Source: Phyllobates terribilis (taxonomy: Eukaryota). From it: a DNA stretch of 64,000 nucleotides. Below are positions 27,501 to 37,298 of this stretch, piece after piece. How positions within the stretch are numbered: the first letter of the stretch is position 1; the number at the start of each line of letters is the position of its first letter. The position numbers were made by a program, and so were the translations under genes. A model generated the notes under the pieces. The model searched no databases. It saw only the letters and a program-made list of their open reading frames with translations, and was not told where the DNA came from. The DNA lies in contig NW_027362761.1 of assembly GCF_046119375.1 (NCBI RefSeq), forward strand, positions 753,486,001 to 753,550,000, in the 5' to 3' direction.

Positions 27501-27890
27501 CCTCTCCATGGCAAATCGTATGCAGTGACCTCCACCGCTCACATATGGCTGTATCCCTGTCACAGGCTGTGGGTAGCAGCATGCATCCTTCAGTAGCATT
27601 AGCTGAGATGGTCCGTATTGCGTGCCCCAGAGTGTCTGTACCTGCAGGAGACTTGTAAGTGGTGGAAGAAGATCCAGGTGCAGATCTCGTGCTGTGTGCC
27701 CCGTAGCAGTTGATAGTGTGGGAAGTGTTGTATCTTCCATCCCCAATAGACGAGTATACAGGAACGTTGCAATCCAGAGAAGGTAATAAAATAAAATAAC
27801 TGTAACAAAACTGTAACTGAAATAAAGTAGAAGCTTCTGCTGCTGCAATGGGCTGCCAGTAGTCCGGCGCCGTATTGTCTCCACAATCTA
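24509..27890 (-). mobile_element. Apparently full-length Rex1/Babar-type LINE (about 3.4 kb)
   Basis: Minus-strand APE+RT ORF; 3' end ...CCGGGATAAATAAAGTATA followed by a (TCTTA)n tail at 24509-24530; 5' end approximate. Confidence 0.88.
24700..27470 (-). pseudogene. Rex1/Babar APE-RT polyprotein with a stop (26949) and several frameshifts
   Basis: YSRDRLLELR, GNVRSL, FTETWL, KKKGGGV, YIPP, GDFN, TLDL, GKSDH; RT KAAGPDG, YRPVALTS, QFAYR, DFSSAFNT, GAPQGTVLSP, YSDD. Confidence 0.9.
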
Positions 27891-28639
27891 GCAGAGAGGC
27901 AGACAGGCATGTCCACACCCTCCGGAGTCAGAAAGTGAAGTATATACCCACTAAGCTGTTTGACACCATTGAGCGCAAATAGCGTTAATAGGAAGACAAC
28001 TGTCAACAGCAGTACCCTTCCTTGAATATAGACCAGTGACTAATGGTCTGTAGTTTTTAATTTTTTGAGATCAGTGTGTCTATAGTTTTTAAATAAATTA
28101 AATGTTATTTTTTAATTTTACTCTTAATTGGATTAGTCTGTGAAATACTTTAAATTCTCTACCTTGGAGACCCGAATAGTAATTTTTTGAGCAGTGAGTT
28201 CATTTTACAGAAAACTTGTAAAATACAGTGTATCAAATACTTATTTTCCCCCACTGTATGGCTAAATTGCCCCAAAGGTGTTTTTTATATCCTTTACAGG
28301 CCTGTACTTGCCCTTAGACCATTGGTGGGGAACCCTTTTTTTTTACGCTCTACCAGAGGCCATTTGAATATTTATACCATCATTTTGGGGGCGGTACAAA
28401 ATTATCAACTTGAAATTTATCCTGCTATATTTGGTAAAACATTAAATTAACTCACCCCTAATGTGACAGCTGGGATTATTTCTCTTTGGTGCGATATGTC
28501 ATGTTAGGTGGTGGTGATGATACTATGCGCAGCGCTTTTCAAGAAAATAACTCGCAGCAGTAAGTTCTGAACACAAATGTAAATTACACTACATGTCTCT
28601 CAGTAGTGGGAAAGTCATTACTGCTCACATTACATTTAT

Positions 28640-29140
28640 AGAACGCAAGCAGTGGGAGGTCTGCAGCATACATCACATCGGAGACACTGGAACTGCTTTA
28701 TATACATCACATCGGAGACACTGAGATTGCTCTATATACAGCACAATGGAGTCATCGAAATTGCTGTATACATCTCATAGGAGACACCAATACTCTACAT
28801 ATCAAATAAGAAAAACTGAGACTTTGCTATATACATCACATATGAGATCCTGAGACTGCAGTATATAAATCACATGGGTGATGTTGGAGCATATAAATCA
28901 CCTAGGATACACTGGGGCTGCAGCATATACATCACACTGGATACCCTGAGAATGCAGTATATACATCTCATAGGAGACACTGTGGCTGGTGTAAATACAT
29001 CATATAGTAGACACTGGGGCTGGATCATATGTATCACGGGAGACGCTGGCTGGGGCATATACATCATAGGATATGCTGGAGCTGCATCATATACATCACA
29101 GGAGATGCTGGGGCTTCAGCATGTACTTCACAGGAGACAC
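28640..29140. repeat. Degenerate minisatellite, unit about 32 bp
   Basis: Repeated ATATACATCACA(T/G)GAGACACTG(G)GGCT(G)CAGC-like units. Confidence 0.75.
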
Positions 29141-29401
29141 GGGGGCTGCAGCTTTTTTTTCTTGCCGGTGGGACTGAACCGCAGCACGCTGAATCTGCCC
29201 ACAAAATACAACCTGGCTCGGGCCATCGTCAGGATGTAATCTGTCATTGCATGCTGTAATTTAAGGACTGGTGGCTGACAAAGAGCATAGTCCCCAGGAA
29301 TGTGCCTGGAGGCTGGACAAATGGAAAAGTAAACAGCACGCGGGCCGGATGTTCTCCTCCCTTGCACTAGGAACTGGAAGTCCTGCACCTAAGGCGGCGA
29401 G

Positions 29402-29934
29402 TTACAAGGGGGTGTATATAGGACTCAGCACCACGTTTCATAGTAAATAGCAGTTGCAATACTTATACACCTAAGTATATAGTACTAGAGAGGAAGGAGA
29501 CAGTGAACTAGCACCAGGCTTACTGCAATTAAGTAAATGCAAGACAACTATAATACATTGTATAATACCAAAGGAAGTCTTTATTCAAAAATACATATGG
29601 ACATACAATTAAAAACCCTTAAAAACATAGCATACATGGAAAATAATTATCCCCTTGATGAGAAAATAGTAATGGCATTACATATTAACAAAAAGAAGAA
29701 TCCATTCACAAGGTACCCTTCAGATTGTAGATAGCACACATTATATTAAATAGATCATAATAGATCCCACTAAATTACTGGACATCCCCAATGAGAAGAA
29801 AAACATGACCTATATCTATAGTTAGAGGTCAAGTATAAAGTCACTGGGGAGGTATTGGTTGTCTTGCATTTACTTAATTGCAGTATAACTGCTGCTACTT
29901 CACCGTATCCTTCCTCTCTATTACAAGGGGGTGT
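29402..29934. mobile_element. About 505-bp insertion flanked by a 14-bp direct repeat, with an internal inverted repeat
   Basis: TTACAAGGGGGTGT at 29402-29415 and 29921-29934; ACTGCAATTAAGTAAATGCAAGACAAC (about 29523) is inverted at about 29858-29885, with homology extending to the AGAGAGGAAGGA / TCCTTCCTCTCT ends. Confidence 0.6.
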
Positions 29935-31419
29935 GCTACCATCCTGAAATAAAATTTACAAGTATAGATTTCTCTTTAACACATGCCTCTTCTAACACTT
30001 CCTTAGGATGAGATTTTCCGTGTGAAATAAGATGTGCAATGCGCCTTCCCATGGAGTGCTGATGACCGCAGCCACATTTACCCTATTGCTCTTCAAGCAC
30101 AGAGCACAGCCTATATTTGACTCGACAGAGCGGAGGGCACTGGCAGGCAGGAACTATGGTGGGATATGGAGAGAAGTTACACTAGGCCAGTGAGAATGGT
30201 TTGAATGTGTATTAGGGCGATGGCAGAGGTTGTTTTCGTTGAACAGCTGATAGTTACGTTGGCCAGAGGCTACAACCAGGTAGCAGAGGTAGTGTGGCAC
30301 AGCTTTGAGTCGGTGACTACGGCTATCTACTAAAACTGAGAGCTGATGGGAACATATACAGTTGGGACTTTTGACTGATGGGGGCTCCTCCAATAATTTC
30401 TCCAAGTGGGTAACAACACCTCCAGAAAGTGAGGAGTGTGTTTCTCTAGAAAGAGCCCAATAACCATCCAGGGGGGGCCTATACAATGTAACTATGTGCA
30501 CACTTATTTCTGGGTGTACTCTATATAAGTGCAGGTGTGCGCCTGTGTATAAATGCATGTCTGTAACAGCGTGCTTCTGAGTGTGCATGTAGGTGACAAA
30601 ACGTGTCTAAGTGTAAGTAGATGTCTTTTTGTATGTGACATTCTGTGTGTGAAAAATGTTCTTGTGAGTTTTAAATAATCTGTTCAGACATTTAGGGAAT
30701 ATTTAGTAATACTGTAATGTAAAAAATGGAAGATCCGGCACTACTGGGAAACCTGCTAATGAGACGCTGGATTGAGACTGCAACAGTTGGAAATTGTGGT
30801 GCTCTACTTGAAAAAGTAGTAAGACTTCAAGTGTAGAAAACACAAGTGGCACTCCCCATCCATAAACTCTTCCTTTATTGCGACAGCATTAAAACATGAA
30901 TGGGAGGAAGAGGGGAGCGTCCTGGAAGATGGCCATTACACTACGCTTCTACGGGTCCCATAAGGCAGGGAACGCATCCACCTCCCGAAACATTCAGCCT
31001 CCAGCCATCCTACAGCCCGTCCAACTGCTTTTTGATCCCTCCTTTGTTGCCCCATTCAGGAAGCTCCTCTTTGGGTTGTGTGTGGGTTTTAACAGTTACT
31101 TGATCCTACGAGGCTGTGTGAGGAGGAGATACTCTGTATGCAGGTAAGTAGTGAGGTCACTTGGGGAAGCTCCAGGGATAATGGTCCATGTATGAAGTCA
31201 CTGGAGCTTCCAGTCCTACATGTTTAATGGAGGCCTGTGATGCATGTCATACAGAGATATCGGGTAACTGGATACACATCTACCGGATATAGTAGTAAGG
31301 AAAAGCGTTGTCTACTACATTATTTCATACCTTTTTTCTGGTGTACTGATAGACTGGCAGCATGAGCGCTATTTTTCCTTTTAAATGTTCCTTACAGAAT
31401 GACTATGTACTGGTGCAGG

Positions 31420-31750
31420 TAGTGTTAGACTGCCAAAAAGTCTCAATGGCTTTGCTTAGAAATTTCAAGAGCACTGGATCCCTCTGTAAGACTTTTAACA
31501 ATTTTTGACTTTTCAGATAAATCTCTTTTCTGGCCCATTTTGCCTGAGGAAAACAAGCTGCCTAATAATTCTGCACACCTTGATAAATGGTGTTATATCT
31601 TTAGGCCTCACCCTCATTACACAAATACACATCACCTGATCTGCTTCATCCAATAAGCATTCAAGTTTATACAGCGCCAGAGTGGAAAATATACATGAAA
31701 ATGATGATATGGTCAAAATACTCACTTGTCTAATAATTCTGCAGATAGTG
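31420..31750 (-). mobile_element. Degenerate 5' fragment of a Tc1 related to 20399-21952
   Basis: Two copies of (T)GCCTAATAATTCTGCA plus sequence resembling 21640-21950. Confidence 0.65.
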
Positions 31751-33684
31751 TGTGTCTAAATACTTTTTCTGTGGGCAGGGGAATATACCTTGAAGCTTGT
31801 TTCTCTCTGATCCTTTGAGACACTTGTATCACCCCTGTAAGCTTTAGGGTAAGTGCACACTGTTCGTTTTTGATGCGTTTTTTGCCGCTCGGAAATGCAT
31901 CAAAAACGTTATGCAATCCGTCTGCCAGCTAATGCAATGACAATCAGGATGTGCTGTGCACATAATGCAAAAATTTCCTCTCAGGATTCTCATTGCGTTT
32001 AAATATGCAGCATGTCCATTGTATGTAGTGTTTCTGCAGCATTTCCCGCCCATTGACTTTAATTGAACCGCAGGTATAAATATATTTGCTGCGGTTGTTT
32101 GCTGCGTATTTGACTAGTCAATGGGTCAAATATGCTGCAAAAATGCACAAAGAGTGGTACCCGGGTCGGCTGGGCATGACTACTCCCATCATCCGACCGC
32201 CGCTCCGGCTGATAACAGTGAGAGCAGCGCGGCTGAGGGAAACTGTAGTCTCCTCAGCCGAATTGAAGCGAGTGCGTGGCGAGTGTAAAAAAAAAAAAAC
32301 AAACAAAACACCTATGCTCACCTGTTCGGCGTCCCCCTGATGTACCCTGGCGTCCTGATCGGCCGGCGGTACTCTGCCGGGAGCGCGCTCGCTCCCGGCA
32401 ATGTACATCGCTGCTGCCGGCTGTGGTCACGCGAGTTCACAGCTGGGGATCAGCTGATGAGCTCGGGACCTCGCTTTACGCTGGTGCTGCGTGGGAACAT
32501 TCGTGAGAATGTTCCCACATACCACTGATGCTGAGATCATCGGGGCTGATCAGCTGATCTTCAGGTAATGAAATCAAGTGACCTCACTCCTGCAGCAGCG
32601 ATGTACACTGACAAAAGTGATTACACTCCTGTCAGTGTACAGTGCTGTCTGCTACAGCAGTCCCATCAGTGATTGATGTGGCTGCTGTAAAAGTGACCCA
32701 GATCGCCGAGGGAACAATCTAGATAGGTTGTGACGGCGGACAGTTGAGGGATATGGGTTTTTTTTTGTTGTTGTTGCTTTTTTTTACAGAAGATCGAGGG
32801 ATTCGGGGACTGGGCGTGCAATAAAAAAATTAAAACAAACATAAAAAAAAAAAAAATTTCAATAAAATACTTTATTCTGGCGGTGTCTTTATTGAAAAAG
32901 CGTTGATACCCTTTACTATGGGGGTTAGTAATGGGGGCGTCTTTTAGACGCCGTCCATTACTAACCTGAGCTTCACGTCAGCCACTAATACAAGGCTGAC
33001 ATGAACCCCAACCCCATTACCCCACTCGCCACCGCTACAGGGCAGTGGGAAGAGCGGAGGCTAAGCGCCAAATTTGGCGCATCTTATGGATGCGCCATTT
33101 CTGGGACTGCTGAGGAAGTGATATTAGCCGCGGAGGGGGCTAGTATCCATGGTTCCTTCCCTGGCTATTAATATCAGCCCACAGCTGTCTGTTTAGCCTT
33201 TTCTGGTTAGATTTTATAGTGGGACCCTACGTCAATTTATTTCTGGGGACCCCCTGTAATCTAGCCAGTAACGGCTAAGCAAACATCTGTGGGCTGTTAT
33301 TAATAGCCTGGGAACATGTTTGGCTAATGGCCCCTTCCCTGGCTACTAATATCAGCTCCGAGAGGTCGGCTTTCCCTCTGCTGGTTATAAAAATGACGTG
33401 GGAGCCCACGCCGGTTTTTTATTTTTTAGGCTATGTGCCCATGATCCGGACGTAGAAGCGCTTTGAACACTGCATATGTTTGCTGCTTCCAAAACGCTGC
33501 GTTGAACGCAGGTAAATCAGCATGTGTTAACTGAACCTTGCGGATTTACCGCATTTAGTACATTCTAGTGGTCAAATTTCTGTTGCGGAGACTAGCGACT
33601 CTGCAAGAGAATTTGACATGCTGCATTCCTGAAAGAAGTTCAGCATGTCAGTGTCTGCGGGTGATCCGCAGCCTCAGATGCATG

Positions 33685-34886
33685 TGACGCGCCCCCTGGG
33701 CCAGTGTTGTTTGGGGGATACCCGGAGCCGGATCAGATGGGGGTTGTAGTCTCCGAGTGGCGGTGACCCGGTCCGTGCCCAGGGTGTCAAGCTCAGTGTG
33801 TGGCAGTCCTACAGATGTTACTAGATGTTCTTTTATGTCGACTACGCCACCCGTTGAATTGCGGTCAATACGGCCGCCGCTGCAGCAGGGTCCACTGAGG
33901 CTGGTGATGTGTGTGCAGCTCAGATAGTATAACCCCCAACGGGAGGGGTATAGCCTCAGGGGGTCAGGTGTAGAGGATGGTGGTTGTGGAGGTGCAGGGA
34001 GGATGGTAATGAGACTCAGAGTCGGGCTGTGCAGTTCAGGGTCTTTACTTACTGCTGTTGTTCTGGTCACTCCGGCCTTGAGTGACCGCCCGAGCCGTGC
34101 TGCGTCCACCAGGTCCTGGACTCGGCCAACTCCCAAGTAATTCTGGAGCGTGATCCTGAGCTCCCTTTCTGACGTTCCTTCTCTCTGGCCTTCCCCACCA
34201 GGGATCCACCTAAGTCCGGCTCCCTCGGGCCTCTTGTTGGTAAACCCTTGTCTCTGGGTTCCCTGACCCTATTCCTGGTCTGCCTTCCGGGTGGATTTAG
34301 TGGGTGGTCGTGGCAGATCCTGCCCACGACCTCCGGTCTCTGGCTGAGGATTAGTGCCCTCCACCAGCTTGGGATCCGGTACCCTTGTGCCAACTCTTCA
34401 CCCGCTGATCTAATCCTGGGTTCTTGGAGTTCTCTCTTCTCCCCCTCTGGGTCCTTCTTTCTCCTCTCTCTCTCTGGGCCTTGGAGCTGCTCTTCTCCTC
34501 TGCTCTCTTCCTCTGACTGACTGACCGCTACAAAAGACCCTGATCTAAGATGGTTCCCACCTTATATACTCCCTCTATGTGTGAGCTCAGGTGACCAGCA
34601 CCCAATGAGCTCCTAGCATTACCCAGACTGCTCCCCCTATCTGCCCCTACACTACTGGGATGTTCCACCCCCCCCCCACTCCACTCCAGCCAAGGACAGA
34701 CACTGTCGTACCTGCACATTTCTCTAGTGGGAGTACCATTGGTCTGTCCCCCGGAAATGGGATGTGTGTAGTGCATGCAGCCTACTGAGCTCAGTTCCAC
34801 ACTCCATCCTTACCCGGGAGTGGAATACCACACCTCTGGCTTGAGGTGTAATACCCCTGTAGCAGCCGAATCCTCAGGGTGCTACA
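33685..34886 (-). repeat. 3' LTR (1202 bp)
   Basis: Direct repeat of 37299-38495; preceded on the minus strand by the PPT. Confidence 0.95.
34044..34049 (-). terminator. Putative variant poly(A) signal AGTAAA in the 3' LTR
   Basis: Minus strand AAGTAAAGACCCTG; the related LTR has AAGTAAAACCCTG at about 52422. Confidence 0.45.
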
Positions 34887-34895
34887 TTCCCCCCT
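34887..34895 (-). other. Polypurine tract
   Basis: Minus strand AGGGGGGAA immediately before TGTAGC of the 3' LTR. Confidence 0.85.
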
Positions 34896-35320
34896 GGTAA
34901 ATCACAGCACGTCCTCGGGCTGTAAGATACAAAAACATCCAAAACATACAATTATTTTTCATAAATATAAACATATAAAACATCATATATATCATCAGCA
35001 TAAACTTTTCCATATAAAACTTTCCATAAATAACATTCTTGTAAACACTCTTGCTCCTCCGGCCACGGTGCAACTTGTGACCGGGAAAAGCGCGACAGTC
35101 TCTTAAAGAAAATGGTTTCCTATAAAACCGGTAGGGGGCGCCTTAGGAAGCGCAACTATATACAAGGGAAGGTATGGCCGCTCTCAGTCCTCGGCCAGGT
35201 AATGGGAATAGGGACACACGGGTTAACAGTTCACTCTTGTCCCAACGGGGACATATTTAAATCAGCAACAGTTCTTGGTACCCCGACGGGCAACTTTATA
35301 CAGTCTCTCTCTACCGTACT

Positions 35321-37117
35321 TCAACGACGGCGTCCTCCTGCTCTTTCTTGTTGGTTGGTTTCAGTTTCAGACCCATCCGGGTCCTCTTGCTCCTCCTCAC
35401 ACCGCAGCTCCTCCTCCGTCAGGCGATGCACATGGAGGGCGTAGGGTCCTTTGGCACACTTGTGCCGGGTGAACGTGACCTCGTCCCCTACGTACAGGTC
35501 ACGACCTCTGTGTCCCTCCGGCAGATGGCTTTCTACGTCTCTGCGGGTTACAAAGACGTCGCCGGGGGTATGATGGTCTCTTATGAAGCCCCACCCATGC
35601 TGCAGGTTGAATTTAATCACAGTCCCGGTGGAAGGGGGACCATGAGCTGCACGGGGATTCCTCCTGGTCCGGCTCTTCTGCTCCGCGCTTCTTATCTGCA
35701 TCTGCTGTTCCCGGACCCGCCTCTCTCTCCGCTCCCTCTCGAAGACCTCGAGCTGCTGGCGGCAGCACTCTGCACGCTCCGCTGCGGCCGCCCGAGTCTC
35801 CTGAGTGAACCCCATGAGGTCTTCTCCAGTGGGGTCCCACTCAAACTGTGCCTCCTCCAGCGGGGGCGAGGTCCTCTTTACAGGCTTCGGAGCCGGAATC
35901 AGGGGCTCGCACATGGGCCTTGCTCTCTGGAGTTCCAGCTGAATGTACTCCTGGGGCCATACAAAGGGCTGCCCATCCGGGCACGTATGCTGGGCGAATA
36001 GATTTTCACCCAGGTGCGGCACTCGAGATGTTGAGGGCGCGTTGATGGTAGCGGCGCCCGGGTTGACCAGGCCTTGCGACCAGGCTTGGGGCACCCTAAA
36101 GGCAAAGGGCACCCTAAGAACGGCGGCGCCCTGGGTTACTCGGCCCTGCGACCAGGCCGGTGGCTCCGCGGAGGTAGGGGGCGCTGTTGGAATAGCGGCG
36201 CCCGGGGGTACTAGGCCTTGCGACCAGGCTGATGGTATTTCCTGCTTGGCCACGCTCGAGGTCGAGGCGTGTGACGTCACAGGGGTCGCGGCCGCGGTTT
36301 CCGGTTGAGGCCTAGTCAGCGGCGGTGACGATGCAGCGACGGGCACGGCAGGGGGAACTTCGGGCTCTGCGACGGGGAGCTGGGGCAGGCACGCGGTTTC
36401 CCGGCTCGGGGTAGAGACGTCCCCTTTACCTGCCTCCATTCGTTCAGCTCCCTTCTCGGCGCCGTCTCCGGCCTTCAGTCCTCCTGCACCATCCTCAGAG
36501 GCGGTCTGTCTCCTCGTCTCGGGTGGCGTGCTCCGCTGACGGGTTTCGGTCTGCTGGGCCATCTCTCGGCTCCACTCCGCCAACGTCTCTCGCTGCACCC
36601 GGGCCATCCTCCGTGCGAGGCCCTCCAGCGCAGTCTGTGCACACTCCCGCTCTCGGGGGAGCTGTGCCAGGACCTCCACTAGGCCTAGTGGAGTTGTGGC
36701 TTGTAGCAGGCTCCTGACCACTGGGTCGGTGCTGCCTGACTCTCCCTCCATCTCCGGGTAGGCTTTCTCTGGACTCCTCTCCAGACTTCTTGTCTCCGGG
36801 TGCGCTCTCTCCAGACTGCTCCAGGCGACACCCATCTTCGTTCTTTTCTTCAGTCTCCGCCCACATTGAGGGTGGTCCCGGGGCAACTTAGTGATTGTCA
36901 GTTCCAGGGGCAGTTCTCTCACGCTGATGGACACTTCCAGCATCACAGTCTCTGTTGGTGGGCGCGGTTTCCGCTTTTGGCGCCATTCTTCGACCTGGCC
37001 CACGATGGGAGGTGACCTCTTGCCACCCTCTGGCACGCCCATAATGGCGTCCGCTCTTCCAAGGCGGGAAATCTTTGGAAATGGCGGGAATCGTCTCCCA
37101 GTGGCGGGAAACTCCAT
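35321..37117 (-). CDS. LTR-element protein of about 598 aa: low-complexity/coiled-coil N-terminal region, three 24-aa repeats, C-terminal cold-shock (CSD/OB-fold) domain and acidic tail
   Basis: Uninterrupted ORF; first ATG after the PBS at 37117. CSD at 35420-35632: GTVIKFNLQHGWGFI (RNP1-like)...GDVFVT (RNP2-like)...LYVGDEVTF...KGPYALHV, which aligns with Y-box/Lin28/CspA domains. Confidence 0.85.
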   Translation of the reverse strand: MEFPATGRRFPPFPKISRLGRADAIMGVPEGGKRSPPIVGQVEEWRQKRKPRPPTETVMLEVSISVRELPLELTITKLPRDHPQCGRRLKKRTKMGVAWSSLERAHPETRSLERSPEKAYPEMEGESGSTDPVVRSLLQATTPLGLVEVLAQLPRERECAQTALEGLARRMARVQRETLAEWSREMAQQTETRQRSTPPETRRQTASEDGAGGLKAGDGAEKGAERMEAGKGDVSTPSRETACLPQLPVAEPEVPPAVPVAASSPPLTRPQPETAAATPVTSHASTSSVAKQEIPSAWSQGLVPPGAAIPTAPPTSAEPPAWSQGRVTQGAAVLRVPFAFRVPQAWSQGLVNPGAATINAPSTSRVPHLGENLFAQHTCPDGQPFVWPQEYIQLELQRARPMCEPLIPAPKPVKRTSPPLEEAQFEWDPTGEDLMGFTQETRAAAAERAECCRQQLEVFERERRERRVREQQMQIRSAEQKSRTRRNPRAAHGPPSTGTVIKFNLQHGWGFIRDHHTPGDVFVTRRDVESHLPEGHRGRDLYVGDEVTFTRHKCAKGPYALHVHRLTEEELRCEEEQEDPDGSETETNQQERAGGRRR

Positions 37118-37275
37118 GGATGGCGGGAAAAAGCTGCAAATGGCGGACAACCGGCGGGAAACGACCTGTGATGGGGCCCGATGGCGGGGACCCTCCGGAA
37201 CCGGCGGGAGACTTCTTTTTAAGGTAACGGTGTACTTTTCTTCAGGCACGCAGTACCCGGTTGTTGCGGGCACGT

Positions 37276-37294
37276 AATCCTGCCGACTACGCCA
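37276..37294 (-). other. Primer-binding site complementary to the tRNA-Ser 3' end
   Basis: Plus strand AATCCTGCCGACTACGCCA equals the last 19 nt (including CCA) of vertebrate tRNA-Ser(AGA-type); 4 nt from the 5' LTR end. Confidence 0.92.
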
Positions 37295-37298
37295 AAGT

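Noticed and set aside
30154-30588. ORF containing VTLYRPP, reminiscent of an APE endonuclease
   Set aside because: Other APE motifs (GDFN, LD, SDH) are absent; at most a very decayed LINE remnant.
37276-37294. tRNA-Ser gene
   Set aside because: Only the 3' 19 nt including CCA match, directly next to an LTR; this is a primer-binding site, not a tRNA gene.
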